From the human T2T-CHM13v2.0 reference genome, Homo sapiens, in NCBI RefSeq assembly GCF_009914755.1, contig NC_060945.1: a stretch of DNA of 64,000 nt. One strand, given 5' to 3'. Shown piece after piece: positions 1 to 14,128 of the stretch (position 1 is its first letter; each line of letters opens with the position of its first letter). Made by a program: the position numbers and the translations under genes. The notes beneath the pieces were generated by a model that was not told the DNA's origin, did no database searches, and worked only from the letters and a program-made list of their open reading frames with translations.

Positions 1-66
1 GCACCTGATACTGTCTGTTCTCAGAAGCTAAGCAAGGTCAGGCCTGGTTAGTACTTGGATGGGAGA
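1..66 (+). pseudogene. 5S rRNA pseudogene fragment (about nt 25-90 of 5S; 5' part lies outside the window; 3'-truncated)
   Basis: 57/66 identity to human 5S nt 25-90 (…GAAGCTAAGCAaGGTCaGGCCTGGTTAGTACTTGGATGGGAGA). 5 of the 9 mismatches are CpG transitions. An A-run follows instead of CCGCCTGGG. Confidence 0.93.
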
Positions 67-201
67 AAAAAAGTTGATGTAAATATACAAATAGAGTCAG
101 GATTTCCAAAGAGGACTCTTAGGTGTAACATCCTTGGAATTTAATTCCAGAAGTCATTGTACCATTGTACCTGTAGATATGGCCTGACCCAAATGAGCTC
201 A

Positions 202-592
202 GTCTTAGTTTATTTTGTGCTGCTATAACAGAATATCACTGAATATTCTGGATATTCTGAGCTGATTGGATAATTTATAATGAACAGAAATTTATATCTC
301 ATGGTTCTGGAGGCTAAGTCCAAAGTGAGGGATTAGCATCTTGTCAGGGCCTTCTTGCTGCCTCATCCCATGGCAGAAGGGCAAAAAAAAAGAGTAAGAA
401 AGAAAAAGAGATGGTGATTGAAGTTGTCTTTTTATAAGAAACTCACTCCCATAAAAATGGCAATAATTCATTCCAGAAATCGAGCCTTCATGGCCTAATC
501 ATCTCTTAAAGTTCCCACCTTTAAATGCTGTTGCATTGGAGATTAAGTTTCCAACACATGCCATTTGGGGGACACATTCAAATGATACCTAG
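202..592 (-). mobile_element. MaLR solo LTR (MLT1A/MSTC-D-like)
   Basis: Starts gtcttagtttattttgtgctgctataacagaat and ends gggggacacattcaaa, the reverse complements of the MaLR LTR termini. Confidence 0.8.
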
Positions 593-1048
593 CTTTCTTT
601 GGAGAGCCAGCCCATAAACTGCAGCTCTGCCAATCCTTGATTTTGGGTAGAGAGCTGTGCAGTTTTTTCAGAGACTAAATCTAAATCTCCTCTAACAACC
701 AGGAACGATCATATATATCAGGTATGCCACGCTGTTTCTTTTTTTTTGTATTTATAAATAGATGATATGGGTCTCCTAACTTCCTATAAAACCAACTGAT
801 TTTGTTTACTAAAATGAACTTAAGTAGCTTTGCTTCACTAGCTACTGAAGTTCCCAGATCTCAGGTACCACATAGCCTTCAGAGACCAGGTAATGGTCAT
901 AAAGAACCCAGTATTTAGAATATAGATGTATGCAACAATCAAATTCCTATGTTTACCTGACAAAATGTGACATATTTACTTGATTAATACTTCTAGAGTA
1001 TATCAAAATCTTATCACACAGTGTTCACTTTTCTGTATTATTTGTTAA

Positions 1049-1178
1049 TTCATTCACTCACTCATTAAATCAATAATATTTATTGGATTTCTCATGTTCT
1101 GAGAACCAAGAGTATGGTAACAGACAAAAAAAAAAAAAAAGATATGGTCTCTACCCTCAAAGTTTAGCGTCCAGTGAG
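1049..1178 (-). mobile_element. L2 3' end relic
   Basis: attcattcactcactcatt…aatatttattg is the reverse complement of the L2 tail; also ggtctctaccctcaaag. Confidence 0.6.
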
Positions 1179-1410
1179 AATAATAATAATTCACACTATG
1201 TAAATTCCACTACTGGTTTATAACACTCACCCATTTAAGTTCTTTATACATGTATTCTTCTTTATTCTTTCGACCAATCTGTATGGTATTATTAAGCATA
1301 TATCACAAATGAAAAAACTGATGCTTACAATGCTTAGATAATGTAGACGGATTTGCCAAGCTAACAAATTGTAGCATTAAAGCTTGAGTTCTAGCCCACT
1401 GTACCATAAA
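1179..1410 (-). mobile_element. MIR relic
   Basis: acaaatgaaaaaactgatgctt resembles the reverse complement of the MIR core. Confidence 0.5.
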
Positions 1411-1440
1411 ACGTATGTTTTTAATCAAAAGCAATGACTG

Positions 1441-2970
1441 ATTATTCAGTCGTCTACGCAGCAAATGTTAATTGAGCACTGGCTAAGTACCAGGCATTAT
1501 AATGGGAGCTAGGAAAAGAGTGAAGAAAAGACAAGGTTCCTGGCCATTTAGAGCCAACATTCTTATAGAAAAGACAATACAAAACAAGCAAACCAGTAAA
1601 AAATTTAGTTCAAAATATAATAACTTCTGCAAAATCCACAAAGCAGGGTGCATGCATAGAGATGGAAGGGAACAGCTTTCAAGAAAGTCCTCTCTGAGAA
1701 AATGGCATAGGAGCAGAGACATGGATGATTTTAAGGAGCAATCTCTGCAAAGATCTGGTAGAGGCACCTAGAAGTCCAGAAGATAAAAATATCTAAGGAT
1801 TACCAACAACAGGAATTGGCAAACTCTGTTCTGTGGGCCAAATCTGTCTTATTGCTTGTTTTTATACACTCTGTGAGTGAAGAATGGTTTTTACAGCTTA
1901 AATGGTTGAAAAAATGTAAACACATATTTTGTGACATGAAAATTATAAAAAACTCAAGTTCAATGGCCATAAATGAAGTTTTATTGGAACACAGCCACGC
2001 TTATTTGTTTGCATATTGTCTATGACTGCTGACATGCAACAGTGGCAGAATGGAGCAGCTGTGGCAAAAACCATAATGACAAAAAAATCCTAAGATACTT
2101 ACTGTCTATCCCTTATAGAAAACATTGCTTGACTTCTAATGAAGAGGCCCAGTGAGAGTGAAGATGATTGCATAAGGAGAGAAGAAAGGGATAGGAGATG
2201 AAGTGGGTGGGCTACACATAGGTCAGTTCAGGTGGGGCTTTGCAAACTATGGTAAAGTGGTTTGGATTTAACAAATTGAAAGAAGAGCCTGTGGAAGGTT
2301 TTGAACAGGAGATTTGACTTAAATTGTTAAAAGATCTTCTTGAATGTTTTGTTTCGGGCTGGGGTGCTGGGGAAAGAGTAAGAGTGAGGGCAGAGAGAGA
2401 GAAGCCTTGGAGTATTGCATTATGAAGACAAAATCTGATGATATCCTAAACTAGGGCAGCAGCAGAGGAATTGGGAGAAGTGTCCATTTAGAATAAACAG
2501 AATTTGCTGGTGGACTAGAAGTGACATAGTACAGAAAGAAAGAAAGTAGTGAGGACTCCCAAGTGTCTGGCCTTTTCAGTGGGACAGTCTTCAGAAATTT
2601 TTACCAAGATGAAGAAGACTGCAGCATTGCTGATTTGAAAAAAGAATCAAGAACACTGTTTGGGACATAATAAATTTGGCATGCCTATTAAACCTCCACC
2701 AGGTAATGCTAATTAGTCTACAGAACATGAACATCTGAAACTCAATGAAGAGGTCGGGAATACAAACATATGTTTGGGAATCATCACTCTATAGATGGAA
2801 CAAAAGACATAGGGTTGAGTGGGATGACTTGAAGATGTGCTGCGTGGATAAAAGAGATAAGACAGCAAAGCACTGAGCACAAAAGATGCTCCAACATTTA
2901 GAGTTCTAATGGTCAAGAGCAAACCTGAGTGGCCAGTGAAGTGGAAAGGAAACCAGCAGAATCCACCCAA
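1441..2970 (-). mobile_element. L2 LINE relic, interrupted by MER58B
   Basis: aaatgttaattgagcact…accaggca is the L2 3' end. Purine-rich L2 body continues after 2140 (gaaggttttgaacaggag, gactcccaagtgtctggc, gtttgggaatcatc). Confidence 0.7.
1810..2137 (+). mobile_element. MER58B hAT-Charlie MITE
   Basis: caggaattggcaaact…gggccaaatc; aagttttattggaacacagccacgc; the B-type internal block gaatggtttttaca…; decayed 3' TIR. Confidence 0.85.
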
Positions 2971-5432
2971 GAGAAGAAAACCTCTCGTTCAAAGAGGCAG
3001 AAATATCAAATGTGGTTTGGAAAATAGGTGATAGTTCTTAAACTTCAAAACATTATCTTCTTATTAATTATTGTTTTTTTCTTCATGTGATCTGTTTTTC
3101 CTCTTCCTAAGAAGGAAGACTCTACAACTTTAAAAATATTATATTTTATTGAGTACAAAATTATTAGCAAGGCCAGAAAATAACATTCTAAGAGTTCAGA
3201 AGATTCATTAATTGCATTTAAACTACCTCTATCCAAACAAAAAAAAAATAGAGCATGTCTATGTTCCACTCAATAATCAAATCTACTTTTAATTAAATGA
3301 CATTATTTAGAAAATAAGGAAAAAATAATTCAATTTGCTGTGCAAGTTCAGTATCCTACACACGTACCCATTACATATCCAATACTTTTTTATTGATACT
3401 TTGCCAAGAATAGGAAAAATAAAGAAGCAACTACAAGAATGGCATGAAAGCCCTGTGCAAAACTCCCACTCCTATTTGCAGCCTCTAGAAGTCAATAACC
3501 TCAGTGTATGTCACTATGACTTCTGAGGGGTTTAGGCCAAATGTTCTGCTGTCATGTAAGGAGCTGAGGGACAGTAAAACAAATAATTCATAACCCCATG
3601 AAAGTTGAAGGCTTTAGCAACTCTGTATTTTGTAGCTAAGTAAAAAATATATATATAAGATTTCTTTCTCATTGCAATTTTGATTGATTTTTATGGAGGA
3701 AAAACATGTTAATTTGCTGTGCTTTGCCCAATTTAGTTATAAAAATTCATTCAACTTTCAAGATTATTTAAATTACTAATCATACTTTTTTACTTGCTTG
3801 TCATGTTGGCATTATAACTGCATTAAATAGTATCTATAGTTTATAAATATTTAATGGAGGAATGACAGCCAGCTTTCATAGTTGCTTTACTATAGCTAAA
3901 ATGAAGTATGTAATATTTGACAGTCCACTAAAAATATTTAACAGTCTACTATACTAAAAATTATTTCTGAAAAAACACTTCCCTTCAATGTGTTTTACTC
4001 AGAACCTATCAATCATAGGATTATACTCCCAAAATCAGATAGTTTAAAAATGATCTTTTGCAAAACCATTCATTAAGAAACTACCCAGAAAAATCAAAGG
4101 TATATTGTTATTAAGTAACATTTTAAAATGTTGCTTAAATCAAGATAAATTCCATCTGGGTTCTTTTTTTCTTTTTCTTTTTTTGCCCATTACAGGAAAG
4201 AAGTTGTGTTGGCTGGAGATTCTCTATTCTGTAGAGAACAGTATTTATCATTATCTAGAATTATCTGTGATCACCAAATTGATAAGTAGAGTGGAACTCA
4301 GCAATCCACATTGATTGAATGATTACTAAGAGAAACACTCTGTACTAAGTGTTGAGTAATTAGAGACAAAAGCTCAATTTCTGCCCTGAAAGAATTTACA
4401 TTCCAATAGAGAAAGCAACCAAGCAAGCATGGTCACCTAACACAGAAGGGAAGGTCTCACGACACTTCCCAAAGATGATAGGTTTGGAGCAGAGTCTCCA
4501 GAGTCCACAATTAGATACATTTGTCTCAATGGCTTAAGTAAACAGAAACAAATCTTGTTTCTTGAGATCCCATTAAAATACCAGGCATACAACTACCTTG
4601 CCTGGTGTTCTGCACATTAGTATCAATCCTTAAAACAGCTTTTGGTTTATGGATATCAAAGGAATCCTAGAGAAATAAAAAAATTAACATCTTGCCCAAC
4701 ATTACATATTTAGAATGGCAAGTTAGGATTCACCCCATCACCCCACATTCTCAAGGATGTTTGCTCGGCTTCAAAGCTATCCTCTCTCCTCTAAATCACA
4801 GTACCTCCCATTGTTGATCTGGTTTGTTTCAACCAACAAAAGCTATAAAGTCAGATCTAACATAGATAAAAACATTTGGCCACGTGTCTAAGTGTTAAGT
4901 TAGGTCTCTGTCATTTTTCATCTATCTGTTTGTCTTTCCTTAAAGTCTTCTCCAGTTTTCTTCTGACCATCAAGAATGCTCAAACACCCTATGCAGGTGA
5001 AATTATAAAACTAGGAGAACTGACTTCAAAACCAAAAAATTAATTACAATTAATCTTTAAACTAGAAATGTCTCTGGTTTTAATTCTCTGTGATTCTATT
5101 AAGACAACTTATTCTATAATTTACCATTTCCTGATGGAGTTAGGTATCTTTATGTTTAGGCCAATTTGTAAATTCATGTCATTTACGTACACGCTCATCT
5201 CTTGGGTAGAGGTAAGGCAAGTCCGTGACCCTCCAGAAGATCACCCTGGGCCCCAAGCCAGCAGGGTGTTGAGGCAAAGGGCACTTGTACCTGCTCCCTA
5301 AATATCACTAAAATTCAATTGTGAAATTTCTGTCTTTAAAGTTATTTGAAGAGACCTTTGAAAGATGTGACTACATGCACTTCCTTCATGTTGGTTATCT
5401 TGACAGTGTCCTACACTGGTTCAGTTACCTCA

Positions 5433-5831
5433 TGATATGGTTTGGGTCTCTGTCCCCACCCAAATCTCATGTCAAATTGTAATCTCCAGTGTTGGAGATT
5501 ACGCCTGGTGGGAGGTGATTTGATCATGGGGTGGATTTCCCCTTTGGTGCTGTTCTCATGATAGTGAGTGAGTTATCGGGAGATCTGGTTGTTTAAAAGG
5601 ATGTGGCACCTCTCCCTTTCCCACTTCCTCCTGCTCTGGTCATGTGAGAAGTGCCGGCTTACCCTTTGCCTTCTGCCCTGACTGTAAGTTTCCTGAGGCC
5701 TCCCCAAAGCTGAACAGATGGCCAGCATCATGCTTCCTGTAAAGTCTGTGGAACCCAATTAAACCTCTTTTCTGTATAAATTACCCAGCCTCAGGTAGTT
5801 TTTTAAAGCAGTGCGAGAATAGACTAATACA
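5433..5831 (+). mobile_element. MSTA/MSTB MaLR solo LTR
   Basis: TGATATGGTTTGG…ccccacccaaatctcatg…gactaataCA termini. Flanks cctca/cctag look like a decayed 5-bp TSD. Confidence 0.9.
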
Positions 5832-6189
5832 CCTAGTCTTCCAAATACACCTCTAGGCACAGTGCAGGTCACAGACACTCAAATGCCTAAGAACCTTCCT
5901 ACTTGAATGAGATTTAAGAAAAAGATTTCATCTTGTCTTTGCATCTTTAATGGGTAATGCAAAGTGTGACACTTGGTAGATACTCAGTAACTGCCTATTT
6001 AATGGAAACTGATAAAATACCACAACTTTTATGATCTCATTACATTGGGCCATTTATGGTTTAGTAAGATTCAGAAGAAATAATGGGGCTTCTGGAATTC
6101 TATAATAATATATTGCCAACATTCCCACTCTCCTAGAAATTTATGGTTGTGAACCACAATTCTCTAGATTAGGGTTACTGAGAAAATAA

Positions 6190-6385
6190 AAAGTAATAAT
6201 AAAAACTTATGCTAGGTATCTGATAACTTATGCCATTATCATGATACCTATAAGAGGTAATATGATGTCAACTATAGAGAAGCATAAATGGAGCACAAGG
6301 CAGTTATGTCAACTTGCTCAAGGTCCTATAATGATGAAATGTGAAGTTAGAATTTGAACTCAGGACGCTGGTTTCAGAGTCCAGG
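6190..6385 (-). mobile_element. MIR relic
   Basis: aacttgctcaaggtc…agaatttgaactcagg…ttcagagtcca. Confidence 0.6.
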
Positions 6386-7404
6386 CGAAGTCTGATTGGG
6401 AATTTTAAAATAATTCTCCCAAACATATAGGAGTCAAAGATAAACAGTCTCTTCCTCCATTGTTCCAGAAGGGTTTTTGGACAAACCAGAACTGCAGTAT
6501 GATTGTTACTGTATAGTTGAATAACTATTTAAACCATTGAATATTAATTCTTCATTAATCAATTATTGAGGCTATAGTTGAATATTATGTCATGTCTTTT
6601 ACAATATTAATGTGCTCTTCCAGGAATCTAAATCTTATATTTCAATTTGATATACTATGTATTTTGTATATAAAACATATCCTTAAAACAATAAAGAGGC
6701 CGAAGCACATTCTCAGAGTCCTGATGCTTACTGATCTACAGTCTCTTATAAACTACATATAAAAGATTAACAGAAAACACACCATTCACAAAAGACGCCT
6801 CATGGTCTCTATTGCAGACACCTTCACAATCAATTCAGCTCAATGAGAAGAGGCCCATCAATCAATCAGCCAGACAGTTAATCAAAACACACACTGAAAG
6901 GTCTACAAGTCAGGATTCTAAAAGGAATTTAACTTCGATTATTTGAACACTAAGAATGCCTAGGTTTTAAGAGTTGGGTTGCTTCCAAATAGAGGCTGGA
7001 GTTATCCTTTTTTCTATGAAATAAATTGTCCCACATTATTCAAAATGGGGTCAGCCAATCAATCAACTTTCTGAAATGCAATTCTTTCTAAATGGTTACA
7101 GATAGCCAAGGATAGAAAAGAGATAACAGTGCGATAATAGTGTTCATTGAGTTCTTTTTAATTTCTGCAGAAACATGTTACACATAAAAAAACAAGAGCT
7201 TTAAATGACTCTAGACCACTAAAGAACAATTATACATCAAGGAAGAAATGAGATGAGGTAAAATTGTACCATCCAAAGTTATTTCTTCCCCTCTCACTTA
7301 ATGCAAATTTGAGTAGCAAAATGTTTGCTATTATGTGAAGTCTCAAATTTCCATGTCTCTTTTCTAAAGCAATCATCAAAGCTTGACCATAAGCTTTACA
7401 GCTG

Positions 7405-7461
7405 CACACACACACATACATGCACACACACACACACACATATATGCACACACACACACAT
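7405..7461. repeat. Interrupted (CA)n microsatellite
   Basis: Direct reading. Confidence 0.95.
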
Positions 7462-7977
7462 GCAAAATCCTGCAACCTCATCACCTCTCACAAGCTTGTA
7501 TGCTATTATAAAAATTTTTTAATAAGAAACTTTTGCTTACAATTAGTCAATAAGACTGATGGACATTTATAAAGATCTGTCCAAATAGGCTCTCAACTCC
7601 ATGGCACATCACACCTAATAGGGATAATTTACATTCCTAAAATCAACTGAATAAGTGTCCCTGAACTAAGAAGGATACTTAAAAATTAGAGGCAAGGATT
7701 GTATAAAAATTTTAAAAGGTAATTAATATGGAAACAAAATATATCCATTGCTAAGCAATTCAATTCCACTTTTTAAAAAGTTTGAATAACAATATTTGTA
7801 GCTTAACTGCATTAACCTGTAATGCATTACAATCTATTTCACAAAGTAATCTTGCAAAACTAGCCTCAAGAAACGACCCCAAAAAGAAATGAAGTAGAAA
7901 AAAAAAAGTAACCGAAATTTTGGCTGTTCAAGAGTACATCTTGTCACCCCACACTCTTCTTAAGGAAGATGAGTTGA

Positions 7978-8388
<411 letters not shown>

Positions 8389-10399
8389 TACATGTTCCTT
8401 TATAAAAAGCACTTCTATCCTGAAAATGGTGGGTGGTACACAGTAAAGGTTAACATGATCCTTTGCTGTTTCCTCAGCCTATTGTTAGATCTAGTGAATT
8501 TCATGCTGCTCCTGGTATTCTAGAGGTTGAGAGATCTTGTAAACTGCTACTGAGAACCCCCCAAAATAACCATGTGGATACCATGGGTGTCCTTAAACAC
8601 AAGGGTCTTCTCAGTATCAATGGCTGCCTTTTCTCACTGTTAAAGGATCAATGAGGAATAATGGCTCTGCTAGAAATGAACAAGTACAGAATGCATCCTG
8701 AAAACTTAGACCTTCTACTAAACCTTGTCCTTCCCCAACTTATTTTGGTAGACACTTCCCTGCACTTACTATCCAACAGAGAACACTCTTGTGCATCCAA
8801 GGTCATGGCACCAGATAGAAAAGTTGATATGAGCCTTCCTTCTCCTTGAAACTCCCAGACTATTATTCCTCCTTAATTCTTGTCAAAGTTCTCTAGATTG
8901 GTTCAGGCCACTGATTTGTCTATAAACCAAATTTATGAAGGGATAGCATTAGGAGTCCTTGGCGATAATGGAGCCATCCTAAAATAGATGATAAAAGAGG
9001 CAAGGTATAGGGAACTCTAAAAAGAGAGGCAAGAACAAAGGTTCTATAACAGATTCTGATTTGGTTTCTGTCCTAAGTATCCAGCAAACACTTATCTTGA
9101 CCCATTCATCCTTGATTTTGGCTTTGCTCTCATTGATTTTCACTTTTGTGACCTGGAACATCTTCTCTGCTTACTGGAACCTTCTTTCACAGCTAAATTC
9201 TGGCTTGTATATCCTGTGGTCCTTCATGATGGACTCCTTTAGCCAGGCATATGGGAAAGTGGCCCAGCTCTTTCTCCACTTTGGCTTGAAATCAGACACT
9301 CCCTCTTGGGGCTCTTTTGGCAACTTAGTCCCAGCTGGCAGCTCTCCAGCTTTCCTGGCTTGCTACTAAAGGTACAGACTCCTGTAAGCCAGTGCCTCCT
9401 TTGGTTTTGGTGTTTCTTGTTCATCCTAGAGTCTCGCTTTTGGTAATTCCTTGAGGATTTAGATCACCTCTTTGACTCCTTTCATGTAGCACAATGTTTG
9501 CTAAATGAATAACAGATTAGTATCTCATCCTTCACCTGTGGTTTTATTTTCAGCCCAGATGATAAGCACTTGGCAAAGTTAGGATGCATCGAGATCCCAG
9601 TCTTTAATTTATAGGCATCTTGTAGACAGAAAATAAAGGTACAAGCATTAAGAAAGCAATAGTTTTTTTCTTTAAGTCAAGCCACATGTGGAGCTGGGTC
9701 CATATACTTTACAGATGAATTTTTTTCTTCATCCCCTTTTATTTTACCATCTGATTTTCTTACAACACTAATTTTATGCATGGAGTTGTTTGCATTCTCC
9801 AGAGTTCTAGGGACCATGACACTGTACACGGAGGAGAAGAACTGACTGAATGCCTAGCTGAGGCCTCTGATCCATGACATAGAGGATGAACATCTAGGAT
9901 CTATGGTATCCTCAAGGCCATCACTCTTACATTCTATCTTCTTTCCTGTTACACAGAATGAAGAATAGGGTAAAAGAGAAAAATATGACAAAAATTCTAA
10001 TAAAGTAAACAAAGCCACTGAAGACCAAGCCAGTTTCTTTGTCTAAAAGTAAAAGAGACTAAAACAACCTTACCAAGAGGCCTGAGCTCCCTAAAAATGA
10101 AGTTGAGTTTGAGCCTTGGGGTGGAGTTAATGAAGGACTGGTGAGGGACCTCTTGGGAGAAAGCAAGAGGCAAAATAGCTTTGCTCTGTCACATCCAATG
10201 CCTCAGAGAGAAAAGGAGCTTGTAATTAAGCAAGGCTGCACTCAGCTACTCCACCGTCAGCCTGGTGCAAATACCCCACCTACACCCTCCCCAGACACAA
10301 TTCCATGATTTGATGCCTTCACAGTGGCATGTTCTGGGGTTACATGGGATTTTCTAGAGCCCTACCTGTCAGGAATGAGCATATCTGTCATTGATTTCC

Positions 10400-10600
10400 C
10401 ATTCTGTCACTTACAAGCTGCCTGACTTTTCGGGTTACTTATCCTCTCCGTACTTAAGAGGCCCCAGTGGTTAAGTGGAGAAAATAATAGTACCAACCTC
10501 ATAAATGATTTAATAAATTTCAAACACACATATACGTACATGATTCAAGCATTTAAACAGGACCATAGTACAAAGTATTTCAATATATATTAGGTATTGT
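10400..10600 (+). mobile_element. MIR relic
   Basis: cacttacaagctgcctgactttt…gttacttatcctctc…aataatagtaccaacctcata. Confidence 0.65.
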
Positions 10601-10609
10601 TGGCTTGGT

Positions 10610-10840
10610 GCTTTCCTTTTTCAAAGCATCATGCTCATGTCATTAATTTGATTATCATAGTCACACTGTAAAAAGCTAGTGAAGTGAGTATCCACCACAC
10701 TGACCATAAGAAGAAACTGATGCTCAGGGAATTAAATGACTATCATTTCTTCAAGTTAGCATCACTACCAAATGGTGAAAACAAGACTGAGTCCCAAGTC
10801 ATTTTATATTTGATCCAATGCTCTCCTATAAAACCATCTT
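10610..10840 (-). mobile_element. MIR relic
   Basis: aagaagaaactgatgctcagggaattaaatgact. Confidence 0.55.
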
Positions 10841-11020
10841 GGCTGAGTTAAATGAAACATTCATGGAGTTACCTAGGAAGACCCCTCGGTGGGATTCCCC
10901 AGGTTAACACTCTTCATTCTAGGGTGTTGGGGTGGCAGGAAGACAAGAGCTACAGTTTCTTTAATACCTCGTTGTGGATTGTATATATTATGATACTGAT
11001 GATGAATATTAGTAACTATT

Positions 11021-11150
11021 ATTACCTATCACATGAGAAAAACCAACCACTTCCCAGATTGCATAATCATAAGAAATAATAAACAATTATTGTTTTACAC
11101 CATTCAGTTTTAATGTAGCATGTTATATAGCAATAAATAACAGAAACAAC
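11021..11150 (+). repeat. MLT1-like LTR 3' remnant; left arm of an inverted repeat with 13237-13368
   Basis: Ends tgttatatagcaataaataacagaaaca, an MLT1-type terminus. Its reverse complement matches 13237-13368 at ~102/130. Confidence 0.7.
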
Positions 11151-11489
11151 CCCTAATGCCTTCAATGACCTGCTCTAATCTTGTAACATTCTGGGAAGAA
11201 ATCGGATGTTTATGAAAATGAATAAATGAGACTAATCCCCACCCAGGCTAATATGAGACAGAAAATGTAAACATGGGCATGTGGAGGCGAAAGGAACATG
11301 GGTAAGTATCACTACCTTCTAGAATGCATAGAGCCTGCTCTGGATCATGACAAGGGTATGTCCAAGTTTATCTAGATCTCAGAGAAGTATCTGCTCTCTT
11401 GAAGGCCTAAAGTTTCCCTTAAAGAGTTGCTTAAGAAAAAAATAAAACTCTCTACCACTTAGAAACTCATTTAACTCACTAATATGGGA

Positions 11490-11725
11490 GAGAGTATAGT
11501 GATGTGGTTGAAAGCATAATCTCTGGAGTCCAAAGTCCAGGTTCTATGCCTGGCTTCATTATTTACAAGCTGTGAAATCTTGGCCAAATTGCTTAAATTC
11601 TCTGTGTCTATAAAAAATGGAAATATTAATAGCTCCTATTCCATATGAATAATAAGTTAAGTCATGCAGTATGCTTGGAAGGGTGCTACTGCTTAGTAAT
11701 GCTCAAGAAGTGTTGGCTATTAATA
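11490..11725 (+). mobile_element. MIR
   Basis: gtggttgaaagcataatctctggagtc…atttacaagctgtgaaatcttggccaaattgcttaaattctctgtg. Confidence 0.8.
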
Positions 11726-11987
11726 TTAATGCAGATTTCGCCGCAGCCATTCTACCACCTGTCTGCTTCACCCTTTAGCAACTTGACTCAGCCTTATAGC
11801 ATCGTAACAACAGTCCCGCTAGAACTTGAAACTTGTTAAAGACCCATGATCCTTGATATTCTCTACTCAGCAGTGTCATGTATTTAGCATGTGTTTTTAT
11901 CTATCTCCCAGCCTCCTGCCTTTTTTGTCCTTGGTTTTCAAACCTACTGAGATAAATACATCCATATAAGCATGTATCCTGTCTTCC

Positions 11988-12292
<305 letters not shown>

Positions 12293-13236
12293 CCATTTTG
12301 TTTCTTCCCAAATTCAAACCTCCATATGACTGCATTCTATTCATCATTAAATATATTCACCACTTTTCCAAGCCATTCTCTATAATTTTCCTGTTCACAA
12401 TGCCCTCTGGAACTACTGCATAATAAGAAAATGAATAGATTAACCTTTATCCTTCACGTTTCCTTAAATATTTCATTATTTTCCTACTTTCTGAAATCAC
12501 ACACAAGTTTTATGGAGTTACGAATTAAGAAGGAGGAAGCATCATACTTAGAAGATTTCTATCAGACAAAACATTCTCAGTTGACTCTTTAAGAGATGTG
12601 AGTCACACTCAACTTGGATCCAGATTGCCAGATGGGTGGGCAGGACCCGCCCCGGTTCCCACAGAGAGATACGTGATAGGACGATAGGAAAGGCTTTTCT
12701 CAGTAAGCAGGTATGGATGTGCTCACCCACTGGTCTGCTTCTCAAGAGCAAAAATAAAATGCCACTGCCATGGAGCATGTAAGAAAGTTCTTTTTATGTT
12801 CACATGACTAATGTCATTCGAAAGAGGAATGAATGTGTCTCGGGGGCTCTGCGGTGGAAGCCCAAAAGTCAGTAGCAGATGTTTGCTTATTTAAATGAAA
12901 CTGGACACATCATAGTCAAAGCCCATTGCTTTGGCTTCCTGGTCATCTGTATCACGTGTGGCAGCCATGTTAAGTCCAGACTGTCTCTTGTGTTAATTAC
13001 ATCTCGAATACCTAGATAAATCAGACCATACACTTTTCATCATCCGGAGCAGGACCCATGTTTTCTGCAAGGTAGTTATGCTCATTCGTGTTCCTTTGTG
13101 AATCCACATATCCATGTTACACTTTCTGCCTCATGTTAGCTTGGGTGAGGATTAGTCTCATTCGTTCATTTTCATAAAGACCCAGTTTCTTCCCAGAATC
13201 TTGTAAGATTAGAAAGTGTCACTGAAGATATTCTAA

Positions 13237-13368
13237 GTTGTTTCTGTTATCTAATGACATATGCCATATCACATTACAATTTAGTAGCATGAAACAACAA
13301 TCATTTATTATTTCTTATGATTATATAATATGAGAAGTTATTTGTAATTTTCTTATGTGATAGGTAAT
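13237..13368 (-). repeat. MLT1-like LTR remnant; right arm of the inverted repeat
   Basis: tgtttctgttatctaatg…aaacaacaatcatttattatttcttatgatt. Confidence 0.7.
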
Positions 13369-14020
13369 CTGGAGTTATTCTCAGAATATCAGTCACTTTA
13401 TACTTCCCTATATCCTTGAAAATTATACTGGCTTACTCTGAGAAATCTTGGTTAGCTAGCAGAAACATGCTATCTGATCAATGATACCAATAAGTTACAT
13501 CTAATAGAATCTTTATGGAAAATAGTCACTGAACCTAGATGCTGAGAGGGGAATAAATGGAAGGTAAGAGGAAACCAATTGTTATTAAAGGAATCTTCAT
13601 CCAAATGGACTAAAAACTATCTCTTGCAGCCAGTGTTTGTCAGTCAGCAGGAAGTAGATTAGGTAACCTTTTCTTTGATGAAGTGTCTCAGTGTCTTCCT
13701 GTGCAATAATACAAACATTAATCAACAGTATAAATAATTTTTCTAGCTAAGAAGTCTCTTCAAACAAAGAAATAAAATGAGAACTACAATTGACAACAAT
13801 ATTTTTCTTGTCCACTTTTTTAAGGTAGAATATTTGCAACAGAAATAATGCTTTGTGCAGGGGTGTTTATGTTCTTAAAGTTGGGCCCTGCTCAGATTAG
13901 GAAATGAATCAGATTTGCATGTTATTCTCAGTTCTACATTTGGTTGACTGAGAGTCTGTAAATAAACCAATCTGTGGCTTTACCTAGAACAGTAAATAAA
14001 CCTTTCATACGTAGTAAGAA

Positions 14021-14128
14021 GATGAAGTTAATGGGTGCAGCAAACCAACATGACACATGTATACATATGTAACAAACCTGCACGTTGTGCACATACACCC
14101 TAGAACTGAAAGTATAATAAAAAAAAAG
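14021..14128 (+). mobile_element. L1PA 3'-terminal fragment (~100 bp)
   Basis: gttaatgggtgcagcaaaccaacatgacacatgtatacatatgtaacaaacctgcacgttgtgcaca…agtataataaaaaa. Confidence 0.92.

Noticed and set aside
6826-6915. ATCAAT repeats as PBX/ONECUT sites
   Set aside because: Better explained as a decayed L2 3' tail on the minus strand.
9061-9369. Hydrophobic 102-aa ORF resembling a membrane protein
   Set aside because: TTG start; hydrophobicity follows from the T-rich strand; no family similarity recognised; may be an old LTR-like relic.
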